A model generated the notes under the pieces. That model was given only the letters and a program-made list of their open reading frames with translations, was not told the origin of the DNA and ran no database searches. The position numbers and the translations under genes were made by a program. 32,000 bases of DNA from an uncultured Alphaproteobacteria bacterium (GTDB lineage Bacteria; Pseudomonadota; Alphaproteobacteria; Geminicoccales; Geminicoccaceae), in NCBI GenBank assembly GCA_963840925.1, contig CAWJAY010000028.1, forward strand, positions 43,919-75,918, read 5' to 3'. Shown here piece by piece: positions 9,201 through 18,275 of this stretch (the stretch's first letter is position 1; the number at the start of each line of letters is the position of its first letter).

Positions 9201-10592
9201 ATGACAGCACCCAGCCATCGCATTACCGAGGTGCGAAGACGCGACGGCACCAGTCGCGCGATCCTGTTCCTCCATGGCTTCGGCGGCAGTCATCAAAGCA
9301 CCTGGAGCTGCTTCCCGTTCATCGCCGGCACGGATCCGGCGCTCAACGACTGGGACATCTTGAACCTCGGGTTCAGCACTAACCTGCTGCCCGACATCCG
9401 GCGCATCTGGTCGGCCGATCCGGATCTGCCGGGGCTCGCCCTCCATTTGAAGACCCGCCTGGAAAATGCGCCCCTGGCTCAATACCAGTCGCTGGCGATC
9501 GTCGCCCACAGCATGGGCGGCCTCGTCGTGCAGCGGGCCTTGCTCGATGATCTGGCGATCGGCCCACGCACGTCTCACCTGCTGATGTTCGGCACGCCGA
9601 GCAAGGGCCTGCGCAAGGCCGGGTATTTTTCGTTCCTGAAGCCGCAGCTCAAGAACATGGCAGACGACAGTCCCTTCATCTTACAGCTGCGGGACAGCTG
9701 GACGAGCCGCTACCCCAATCCGGTGTTCAAGCTCCTCGCGATCGCGGGCGATCGGGATCAGTTCGTGCCGGTCGAGTCCTCGATCTACCCGTTCGCGGAT
9801 GCTCATCGACGGATGGTCGCGGGCGATCATCTCTCGATGGTCAAGCCCGACGACGCGAGGGCGGAAAGCGTCGGTCTGCTGGTCGGCGCGCTGACGGCGA
9901 AGGCTGAGCCTGCGGCCCCTTCGGCGCCTCTGCGGACCAGCTCTGCCGAGATGTCTGAAAACGAGGTCCGCCAGGAGCTGGTGAACCGTGCGGACAAGTT
10001 GACCGAGACGGAAGTCGTGAACGCGGCGCTCGAGCTCGATCTGAAGGGCCGACGCGAAGAGGCGATCGCAATGTTGCAGGCCCATCTCGGCCGCAGCACC
10101 GACATCAGCGGCACCTTGGCCGGTCGCTTCAAGCGTCGTTGGCTCGCGACCGGCGATCAGGCGGATGCACGGCGGGCGTTGCAGCTCTACCAGAGCGCGC
10201 TCGACACATCCTCAGCGGCGAACGACCATCAGCAGGCGTTTTATCACGCGATCAATGTCGCGTTTTTGCGCTTCGTCGTCTGGGACCAAAGGGAGGAGGC
10301 GATGCGCCTCGCGCAGCTGGCGCTCGGTCATTGCGCGCAAGCGCCTGACACGTTCTGGCGGGTCGCCACGGAAGCAGAGGCCTACCTTTATCTGGGCAAG
10401 GTCGGGCTGGCGCTCGCGACCTACGGCCGGCTGTTCGCGATGGGCGCCGGGCCCGGACAACTGCAGTCTGCCGGCCAGCAGGCGTATCAAGTCGCGCATA
10501 AGCTCGGCGACGCCGAGCTTGAGGCGACTCTGCTGACCCTCTTCAACCCGGAAACCCACCAGTCGGAACAGCCGGCGGGCGGCCTGCGTTAG
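9201..10592 (+). CDS. lipase-like alpha/beta hydrolase (DUF676/PGAP1/sesB-SERAC1 type) fused to a DUF4071 (ASK1-type TPR-like) C-terminal module
   Basis: SD GGAGG lies 5 nt upstream of the ATG. Hydrolase motifs are 'LFLHGFGGS', 'AHSMGG' (Ser104, nt 9510-9512), 'GDRDQFV' and 'GDHLSMV'. The C-terminal 'GRFKRRWLATGD...ALQLYQSAL...AFYHAINVAFL...FWRVATEAEAYLYLG' follows the DUF4071 pattern as I remember it. Confidence 0.8.
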   Translation: MTAPSHRITEVRRRDGTSRAILFLHGFGGSHQSTWSCFPFIAGTDPALNDWDILNLGFSTNLLPDIRRIWSADPDLPGLALHLKTRLENAPLAQYQSLAIVAHSMGGLVVQRALLDDLAIGPRTSHLLMFGTPSKGLRKAGYFSFLKPQLKNMADDSPFILQLRDSWTSRYPNPVFKLLAIAGDRDQFVPVESSIYPFADAHRRMVAGDHLSMVKPDDARAESVGLLVGALTAKAEPAAPSAPLRTSSAEMSENEVRQELVNRADKLTETEVVNAALELDLKGRREEAIAMLQAHLGRSTDISGTLAGRFKRRWLATGDQADARRALQLYQSALDTSSAANDHQQAFYHAINVAFLRFVVWDQREEAMRLAQLALGHCAQAPDTFWRVATEAEAYLYLGKVGLALATYGRLFAMGAGPGQLQSAGQQAYQVAHKLGDAELEATLLTLFNPETHQSEQPAGGLR

Positions 10593-10622
10593 CCACTGGG
10601 ACCCAGGCAATGGAAACCGGAT

Positions 10623-10910
10623 ATGAGCACCTACGAGCCGCGGCCGATCGACACCTCGACGGTCGAGTTGGCTGACGAGCTCCAGCTGTTGACCGAACAG
10701 CTGGCCGAGAATGCCCACGACCACTGGGCCAAGCGACGGATTGCGGAGGGCTGGACCTTCGGCCCCTGCCGCGACGAGGCGGCGATGAGCCATCCGGATC
10801 TCGTGCCTTATGCGGAGCTGTCCGAGGGCGAGAAGGAGTACGACCGCGAGACCGCCATGCAGACGCTGCGCGCGATCATCGCGCTTGGCTGGCGGATCGA
10901 GCGGGGCTGA
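10623..10910 (+). CDS. stand-alone RyR (ryanodine-receptor repeat) domain protein
   Basis: The 95-aa ORF lies 30 nt downstream of the previous gene. 'LAENAHDHWAKRRIAEGWTFGPCRDEAAMSHPDLVPYAELSEGEKEYDRETAMQTL' matches the RyR-domain (PF02026) consensus pattern from memory. Confidence 0.8.
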   Translation: MSTYEPRPIDTSTVELADELQLLTEQLAENAHDHWAKRRIAEGWTFGPCRDEAAMSHPDLVPYAELSEGEKEYDRETAMQTLRAIIALGWRIERG

Positions 10911-10920
10911 GGCCGAGCCG

Positions 10921-11925
10921 TCACATCGAGGTCAGAGGCCGGGCCTCCTCCGCCGCGGCGGCCGAGCGCTGCTGGCGCGCAAGCCGCGCCTCGCGTTGGG
11001 CGATGTAGATCGTCGAGGCGAAGATCAGGCCGCCGCCGAGCCAGGTCCAGAGGCTCGGCACCTCGGCGAACCAGAGGTAGGCGACCAGCGCCCCGAACGG
11101 CAGGCGCAGGAACTCGAACGGCACCACTGCGGATGCCTCCGCGAGGTGGACCGAGCGGGTGAGCGTGAGCCAGCTGAGCGTGCCGAAGCCGCCGATCGCG
11201 ATCAGCAGCAGCCAGCCCGAGAGGTCCGGGGTGCGCCAGTGGAGCAGGGCCAGCGGCAATGAGAGCAGGGTCGCGAACAGCGCCTGGTACCAGACGATGG
11301 TCGGGACCCGCTCGGTCAGCGTCAGGCGCTTGATCATCAAGGTGACGACCGCGGCGAGCAGGGCGCCGAGCAGCACGAGCCCGGCGAACGGCGAGATCGC
11401 CGCAGCGCCCGGCCGGAGCACGATCAGGACCCCCGCCAGGCCCAGCCCGACCGCGGCCCAGCGCCGGCCACGCACGACCTCGTGCAGGACCAGCGCCGCG
11501 CCTACGGTCGCGAACAGGGGCTTGGAGAACGCGAGCGCGATCACTTCGGCAAGCGGCAGATAAGCGATCGCGACGAAATAGCAGATCATGCCGGCGACGT
11601 GCCCGACGCTCATCAGGAGCAGCCGCCCGGGGCGCCGCGCCCGGAACATCTCGAGCCGCAGCCCGCCCATGAACGGCAGCATCGCGAACAGGCCGAACAG
11701 GTTGCGGAAGAACACGACCTCGAAGGCGTGGACATCGGCGGACACGACGCGGATCATGCCGTTCTGGATCGCGACGCAGACCGCGCCCAGGACCATCAGC
11801 AGCGCCGCCTGGACGATCGGCGACCGGCTGCGATAGGCGGTGGCGAGTGCCCGCACCGTCGCGCTCAGGCGGGCGGCGCCCGATCGCGCCGCAGGTATGC
11901 CTCCGGCAGCGTCCCGCCGCAGCAA
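10921..11925 (-). CDS. DMT-superfamily (EamA-like) transporter
   Basis: 334 aa with about 10 hydrophobic segments in two halves typical of EamA repeats. The exact start is uncertain. Confidence 0.8.
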   Translation of the reverse strand: MLRRDAAGGIPAARSGAARLSATVRALATAYRSRSPIVQAALLMVLGAVCVAIQNGMIRVVSADVHAFEVVFFRNLFGLFAMLPFMGGLRLEMFRARRPGRLLLMSVGHVAGMICYFVAIAYLPLAEVIALAFSKPLFATVGAALVLHEVVRGRRWAAVGLGLAGVLIVLRPGAAAISPFAGLVLLGALLAAVVTLMIKRLTLTERVPTIVWYQALFATLLSLPLALLHWRTPDLSGWLLLIAIGGFGTLSWLTLTRSVHLAEASAVVPFEFLRLPFGALVAYLWFAEVPSLWTWLGGGLIFASTIYIAQREARLARQQRSAAAAEEARPLTSM

Positions 11926-11985
11926 CCGAGCGCGCGCCGGTGCACCGAGCCGAACCGCAGCAGGATCGGGCGCATCGCCTGCGGC

Positions 11986-13038
11986 TCAGCGCTCGAGGAA
12001 CGCCTGCACCGCGCGGATCAGCAGCGGCGCCCGCTTCTCGAGGCTGAGGAAATGGGTGGCGTTGCCGATGACCAGGTATTGCTTGTCGGCGGCGCCGAGC
12101 CGCTCGAACAGGCCGAACGCGTCATCGTGCGTGGACTCGGTATCATCGCCACCGCGAATGACGAGGGTCGGCACGTCGATCCGGCCGGCGTCGTAGAGCG
12201 GCCGGCCGTGCAAGATCTCCCAGAGGTCGACCAGCACGCCGTTCGGCGCCCGCACCACCTTGGTGCCCTCGGGCTCGGCCGCGAGCAGCGCATCGAACCA
12301 GGTCTGGAGGACCTTGTCCTCCCGCCACTCGGTCTTGTCCTCGGGAACGATCTGGTCTGCCCACCGGCCGCTCGCCCGCTCGAAGTCGACCGTGCGGTAG
12401 GCGCCCAACGGCTTGAGCCGATCCGGGTCGGCCGGATCGGCCAGCCACGCGCCATCCTCTGGGTCCTGATGGCTGTAGACCGGCGCGTAGAGGACGAGCT
12501 TCTCGACCCTGCCGGCGTGCGCCGCCGCATAGCTCCCGACGATCACCGTGCCCCACGACCAGCCGACCAGATCGACCTTGTCGGCGCCGGTGCGGCACCG
12601 GATGAACTCGACCGCGTCGCCGACGTCGACCACCGCGTCCTCGGCCCGTGAGAAGGGCGCATTCTTCTCGGGCGGGTCGGACATCGCGGCCGGCCGCGTC
12701 GAGCGGCCGTAGCCGCGCAGATCGAGCGCGTAGGCGGCCAAGCCGCGGTCGGCGACCTGCGTCATCCAGTCGTAGCCCGCGAGCTCGAGATCGAACGTCG
12801 CCCCCGGGTAGGTCGCACCGTGCACGAACAAGACCGCTCTCTCGAGCTTTGCGGGGTCCATCCCGGCGGGCAGCCGCTCGCGGACAGAGACCCGGGCGCC
12901 GGGATCGGCGGAGCTCGCGACGAGGTGGTCGCTCACGGAAGTCTGTCCCGCGCAGGCGGGCTGTGCCATGACGCTCGGGAGAGCGGCCAGGAGGAGGACG
13001 GCCCCGATCGAACCGAGGCGGCCAGGGAAGCTGGTCAT
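11986..13038 (-). CDS. secreted alpha/beta hydrolase
   Basis: Signal peptide 'LLLAALPSVMAQPACA', 'FVHGATYPG' oxyanion region, nucleophile elbow 'LVGWSWGT', C-terminal 'GNATHF' His region. Confidence 0.8.
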   Translation of the reverse strand: MTSFPGRLGSIGAVLLLAALPSVMAQPACAGQTSVSDHLVASSADPGARVSVRERLPAGMDPAKLERAVLFVHGATYPGATFDLELAGYDWMTQVADRGLAAYALDLRGYGRSTRPAAMSDPPEKNAPFSRAEDAVVDVGDAVEFIRCRTGADKVDLVGWSWGTVIVGSYAAAHAGRVEKLVLYAPVYSHQDPEDGAWLADPADPDRLKPLGAYRTVDFERASGRWADQIVPEDKTEWREDKVLQTWFDALLAAEPEGTKVVRAPNGVLVDLWEILHGRPLYDAGRIDVPTLVIRGGDDTESTHDDAFGLFERLGAADKQYLVIGNATHFLSLEKRAPLLIRAVQAFLER

Positions 13039-13150
13039 TTCGGGTTCCCGAGTGGGAGTTCGAAGACAGCGGCTCTCATCTATAGTTCAACCGATCGCAA
13101 CCGTGAAGAAAACGAGGGCGCCGGGGCAACGCATCGATAAGGAGGACCAT

Positions 13151-14027
13151 ATGAGCAGGCGGATCGGCTTCATCGGCGCCGGCCTGATGGGCCATGGCAT
13201 GGCCAAGAACATTGCCCTGAAAGGCTTCGAGCTGGCCGTGCTCGGGCATCGCAACCGGCAGCCGGTCGAGGACCTGCTCGGCCACGGCGCGACCGAGGCA
13301 GCGAGCCCCGCGGCGCTGGCGCGCGCCAGCGAAGTGCTGATCCTCTGCGTGCCGTCCTCGGCCGAGGTCGAGGCCTGCGTGTTCGGCGAGGACGGCATCC
13401 TGGCCGGCGCCCACGACGGGCTGATCGTAGTCGATGCCACGACCGCCGAGCCCGCCTCGACCGAGCGGGTCGCGCGGGCGCTCGCGGACGAGGGCGTGGG
13501 CTTCGCCGATGCGCCGCTCACCCGCTCGCCCAAGGACGCCGAGGCCGGGCGGCTGAACACGCTGGTCGGCGCGGACGACGCAACGCTGGCCGCGATCCGA
13601 CCCGTTCTGGAAGCGTATTGCGAGAACATTTTCCACGTCGGTCCAGTGGGTTCCGGGCACAAGATGAAGCTGATCAACAACTTTCTGAGCCAGGGCACCG
13701 CAGCACTGGTCGCCGAGGTGGTGACGACCGCGACCAAGGCCGGCGTCGACCTTGCCAAGCTGTTTGAGGTCGTGAGCGAAGGCGGCGCCAACTCGGCGGT
13801 GTTCCAGCGCTTCATGCCGTGGGTGCTCAGCGGCGAAGGCGGCATGATCTTCAAGCTCAAGAACGGCCAGAAAGACGTCCGCTACTACACCCATCTGGCC
13901 GAAGCCGTGGGCGCCACGGCGTTCCTCGGCGCGGCGATCCATCAGGTCTTCACGCTGGCGGCAGCGCAGGGCGAGGGCGACAGCTACGTGCCGGCCCTCG
14001 CGCGCGCGCTCGGCAAGGTCAACGGCG

Positions 14028-14050
<23 letters not shown>
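13151..14050 (+). CDS. NAD(P)-dependent beta-hydroxyacid dehydrogenase (3-hydroxyisobutyrate dehydrogenase family)
   Basis: The ATG at 13151 is preceded by AAGGAGGA. Rossmann motif 'IGFIGAGLMGHGMA', family-typical 'DAPLTRSP' and 'GSGHKMKLINN'. The ORF-track start at 12968 is upstream read-through. Confidence 0.9.
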
Positions 14051-14827
<777 letters not shown>

Positions 14828-14913
14828 GCTCACCACCTCCCCAGGCTTGCTGATCTGCTGCCAGATCGAGCACATTCCATGCTTGGCGCAGCTCAGGCAA
14901 GTGGGGGAAAACG

Positions 14914-15609
14914 ATGGCGCTGTCAGGGAAAGGAGCGCTGGTCATCTGGCACGACCCGGCGCCCGGGATCGAGAGCGATTACAACGAGTGGCACTCGAAG
15001 GAGCACATGTTCGAGCGGGTCGCCGTGCCCGGCTTTCGGCGCGGCCAGCGTGCGGTCGCGATCAGCGGCGGGCCCCGCTATTTCAACTTCTACGAGGTCG
15101 ACGGCCTCGAAACGCTGACGTCCAAGGCGTATCTCGATCGCCTCAACGATCCGACGCCCTGGACTCGGCGGGTGTCGCCGCACATGCGCAACAACAGCCG
15201 GACGCTTTGCCGTGTCGTGGCGAGCTTCGGCGCTGGCGGCGTGCCGGTTTTCTGGACGATGATCCTGCTCTCGCCCGCGACCGGGCGGGGCGACGGCCTG
15301 CGCGCCTGGCTCGCCGGTGACGCGCTGCCGAAGCTGATCGGGCAGCCGGGCATCCTCAGCGGCCATCTGCTCGAGGGCGAGCCGACCACGAGCGGCCAGG
15401 AGACCGTGGAAAAGCGGCTGCGCGGCGACAAGAACGAGTACGTCGACTGGCTGATCATGGTCGGCGGCTACGACAGCGAGGCGCTGGCGGCGATCCGGAA
15501 CGAGCCGCTCTCGGAAGCCGATCTGGCCCAGCGTGGCGCTGCCGCGAGCGAGGTCCGCGGCATTTATCGGCTCGTGCACTGCGTGACCGCAGCCGATCGC
15601 CCGGCATGA
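14914..15609 (+). CDS. conserved hypothetical protein
   Basis: 231-aa ORF with ordinary amino-acid composition and GGGGGA upstream of the ATG. Divergent from the methyltransferase. No family confidently recognised. Confidence 0.6.
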   Translation: MALSGKGALVIWHDPAPGIESDYNEWHSKEHMFERVAVPGFRRGQRAVAISGGPRYFNFYEVDGLETLTSKAYLDRLNDPTPWTRRVSPHMRNNSRTLCRVVASFGAGGVPVFWTMILLSPATGRGDGLRAWLAGDALPKLIGQPGILSGHLLEGEPTTSGQETVEKRLRGDKNEYVDWLIMVGGYDSEALAAIRNEPLSEADLAQRGAAASEVRGIYRLVHCVTAADRPA

Positions 15610-15708
15610 GTTCGATCAGCGGCTGCGTGACGTCAGCCCCGGAATCGGCCAATGTCCCGATCGCGTCGTCTGAATGCAGCTCGCCGGGCTGCGGAGGGAC
15701 CGAGCGCG

Positions 15709-16869
15709 ATGACCGTCCAGCTCGATAGCGTCGAAGCCGCGATCGCCGAGATCGCGGCCGGCCGGGTCGTGATCGTGGTCGACGACGCCGACCGCGAGAA
15801 CGAGGGCGATCTGATCATGGCCGCCGCCAAGGCCGAGGCGCCGGCGGTCGCGTTCATGATCCGGCACACCAGCGGCATCCTGTGCACGCCGTTGCCGGCG
15901 GAGACCGCGCGCCGGCTGCGCCTCGACCCGATGGTGGCGCTGAACGATGCGCCGATGGGCACCGCGTTCACGGTCTCGGTCGACTACCGCTTCGGCCTGA
16001 CCACCGGCATCTCGGCTCACGAGCGCAGCAACACCGTGCGGGCGCTCGCCAACGCCAACGCCGGCGCCGACGACTTCGTCCGGCCCGGCCACATCTTCCC
16101 GCTGATCGGCCGCGACGGGGGCGTGCTGGTGCGCTCGGGGCATACCGAGGCGGCGATCGACCTCGCGCGGCTCGCCGGCCTGCCGGCGGTCGGGCTGCTG
16201 GCCGAGCTGGTCAACGACGATGGTACCGTCAAGCGGCTGCCGCAGCTGGTCGAGTTCGCCGCCGAGCACGCCCTCAAGATGATCTCGGTCGCCGATCTGA
16301 TCGCTTACCGGCAGCGGCGCGAACAGCTGATCGAGCGGATCGGCGAATACGAGGTCGCAACCGAGGCCGGCCCGGCGCGCGTGGTCGCCTACGCCACGCC
16401 GTTCGATGCCGTCCACCACCTGGCGTTGGTCTTGGGCGAACTCGCAGGCGGCGAGGACGTCCTGGTCCGGATCCATCGCGAGCAGGTGATCAACGACGTG
16501 TTCGCGCGCCGCGACGGGTCGGGCCAGCTGATCCCGAAGGCACTGGCGCGACTGGCGGCGCAGGGCAGGGGCGTCCTGATCTATCTCCGGGAGGGCACGG
16601 CCGGGGTGCCCGCTGCCGGCCAGACCGATCCGGCCGAGGCCAATCCCGAGGCCGCTGGCGCTGGCAGCGAGCTCGCCCGCAGCCAGCAGTGGCGGGACGT
16701 TGGCATCGGCGCTCAGATCCTGCGCGATCTCGGGGGTCAGCTCGATCCGCCTGCTCGCGACCCGGCACCGGCACTATGTCGGGCTGGCCGGCTTCGGGAT
16801 CGACATCGCGGCGACCGAGCTGATCGACAGCTGACGCCCGGGCCGAGTGTGGCGGCATCGCCCGCCTAG
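15709..16869 (+). CDS. ribB: 3,4-dihydroxy-2-butanone-4-phosphate synthase with degenerate GTP-cyclohydrolase-II-like C-terminal domain; apparent +1 frameshift near the 3' end
   Basis: ATG 15709 with SD GGAGGGA. RibB motifs are 'DDADRENEGDLI', 'RHTSGILC' and 'RSGHTEAAIDLARLAG'. After the G5 run at 16732-16736 the family-typical C-terminus 'VSSIRLLATRHRHYVGLAGFGIDIAATELIDS*' continues in another frame and ends at 16834. Confidence 0.85.
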   Translation: MTVQLDSVEAAIAEIAAGRVVIVVDDADRENEGDLIMAAAKAEAPAVAFMIRHTSGILCTPLPAETARRLRLDPMVALNDAPMGTAFTVSVDYRFGLTTGISAHERSNTVRALANANAGADDFVRPGHIFPLIGRDGGVLVRSGHTEAAIDLARLAGLPAVGLLAELVNDDGTVKRLPQLVEFAAEHALKMISVADLIAYRQRREQLIERIGEYEVATEAGPARVVAYATPFDAVHHLALVLGELAGGEDVLVRIHREQVINDVFARRDGSGQLIPKALARLAAQGRGVLIYLREGTAGVPAAGQTDPAEANPEAAGAGSELARSQQWRDVGIGAQILRDLGGQLDPPARDPAPALCRAGRLRDRHRGDRADRQLTPGPSVAASPA

Positions 16870-16925
16870 CCAAAAAAGCAAAATAATAAGGGTTGCAACT
16901 TAACCTCAAGTTGATAGAACCGAGG
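16868..16925 (+). promoter_or_regulatory. AT-rich promoter-like island upstream of the 16960 ORF
   Basis: The 60-nt block 16861-16920 is 40% GC by hand count. TTGCAA at 16893-16898 is followed 16 nt later by TAGAAC. No experimental support. Confidence 0.25.
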
Positions 16926-16959
16926 GCCCCACCGTCGATTCTTCGCAGGAGTCCCACCG

Positions 16960-17436
16960 GTGCCATCTGCCGCCCCACCCGATGCCGCTCTGGCCCCAGC
17001 CGCGCCCGCTGCCGCCGCCCAGGTCGATGACCAGCCGCTCCGTTTCCTGCTGATCCGCACCAAGCCGGGTGAGCTGCCCTGGCTCGCGCGGACCATGGCC
17101 CAGGTCATGGCGCCGGTCGAGATCGTGCAGGTGGTCGGCATGGCCAATGCGCTCTGGCGGCTCGGCCACGAGCGCTTCGATTCGGTCCTGCTCGACGTCG
17201 ATCTGACCGATCGCTGGGTGGTCCGCCGCTGCCGCGAGCAGATCGCCGACATCGCGGCGGTGCCGGTGCTCGATCTCGCCGACCGGCCCGAGGCCAAGGC
17301 TGAAGCGCCCGCGGTCGTCGAGCGGCCGAGCCGGCGGCGCGAGGCGTGGGATGACCAGGAGCGCCAGATGCTGCGCCTGCCCTGGCAGCGCCGCCCCAGG
17401 CGGCCCCAGGACCCGGCCCGGGCCGAAGTCGCCTGA
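16960..17436 (+). CDS. hypothetical protein with receiver (REC)-like N-terminal region
   Basis: GTG start with AGGAG 8 nt upstream. 'LRFLLIRTKPGE...FDSVLLDVDL...VPVLDLAD' resembles REC beta1/beta3/beta4, but the N-terminal acidic pair is missing. Confidence 0.45.
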   Translation: MPSAAPPDAALAPAAPAAAAQVDDQPLRFLLIRTKPGELPWLARTMAQVMAPVEIVQVVGMANALWRLGHERFDSVLLDVDLTDRWVVRRCREQIADIAAVPVLDLADRPEAKAEAPAVVERPSRRREAWDDQERQMLRLPWQRRPRRPQDPARAEVA

Positions 17437-17447
17437 CCTGCTGGCTC

Positions 17448-17465
17448 GGCCCGGGCGTCCGGGCC
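17448..17465. terminator. GC hairpin between convergent genes (possible bidirectional terminator, no U-tract)
   Basis: GGCCCGG-gcgt-CCGGGCC is a perfect 7-bp stem with a 4-nt loop. It sits in the 35-nt gap between the stops at 17436 (+) and 17472 (-). Confidence 0.3.
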
Positions 17466-17471
17466 TCATGG

Positions 17472-18275
17472 TCAGCTTTCCGGCCGGCGGGCGACCAGAG
17501 CGCCGCCCTGGAGGACGTAGGCTTCGCGCCGGCGACCCGAAGGGCAGCACTCGAGGTCGCCCTGCTGGCGGACCTCCAGCATGAGCTCGATCGCGCCGTC
17601 CTCGATCCGCTCGATGCCGCTCGCCAGCACGTCCGTGTTGGCGCCGCCGACGTAGGTCTTGGCGGCCGGCTGGAAGCTGTCGCCGGCGAACCGATATGCC
17701 ATCAGAAACTGGGAGCTGCCGGGCTGATCGGTCTGGAAGCTCAGCAGCACCGCCGCATCGGCGCGGCCGTCCTGATCGAGGTCGCCGAGCTCGGCGCTTT
17801 CGATCTCGAAGCGGCCGCCCGACGACGTGAGCTGCGCCAGCCGGGCCAGGTCGCGCGCCAGCGCCTCGGCAAGCCTGGCCCGATCGGCACCGCTGGCGGT
17901 CGGAAGCGCGCTCGGCGCGAGTGCCGGGATCGTCTGCATCTCGACCCGTGCCGGGCCGGCCTTCTGGCAGGTCCAGCCTGACCCCGCCAGACGCTGGACC
18001 AGGTCGCGGGTGCGCTCGACGCAGAAGCCGAAATCGTGCGCCGCCTCCCAGATCGCCTCGCGGTCGTCGGCACGGTTGGCGTCGCGCCAGTACATGACCT
18101 GGCAGGGCAGGCGATTGGGCGCGTCCGCGCGCTGCAGCTCGATCCGGCGCTCGCGCTCCCCGTTCCGGCACATGTAGGCCTGATCGGTAGCAGCCCGAGC
18201 CGCAAACGGCGCGCTGATCGCCAGCAGCGCCAGGCTCCAGACGGTCGCGCGCCGGTAGATCGTCCGCCGGTCCAT
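17472..18275 (-). CDS. secreted hypothetical protein (Cys-containing N-domain, DxDxDG-like motif)
   Basis: ATG 18275 with SD GGGAGGAGG. Signal peptide 'LALLAISAPFAARA', four Cys in the first ~100 mature residues, 'GDLDQDGRADAAVLL' motif. Confidence 0.7.
   Translation of the reverse strand: MDRRTIYRRATVWSLALLAISAPFAARAATDQAYMCRNGERERRIELQRADAPNRLPCQVMYWRDANRADDREAIWEAAHDFGFCVERTRDLVQRLAGSGWTCQKAGPARVEMQTIPALAPSALPTASGADRARLAEALARDLARLAQLTSSGGRFEIESAELGDLDQDGRADAAVLLSFQTDQPGSSQFLMAYRFAGDSFQPAAKTYVGGANTDVLASGIERIEDGAIELMLEVRQQGDLECCPSGRRREAYVLQGGALVARRPES

Noticed and set aside
15610-15708. An FMN riboswitch (RFN element) upstream of ribB.
   Set aside because: Only ~100 nt are available. I could not find the conserved RFN core segments, such as the GGGTGAAATTCC-like and CCGACAGT-like boxes.
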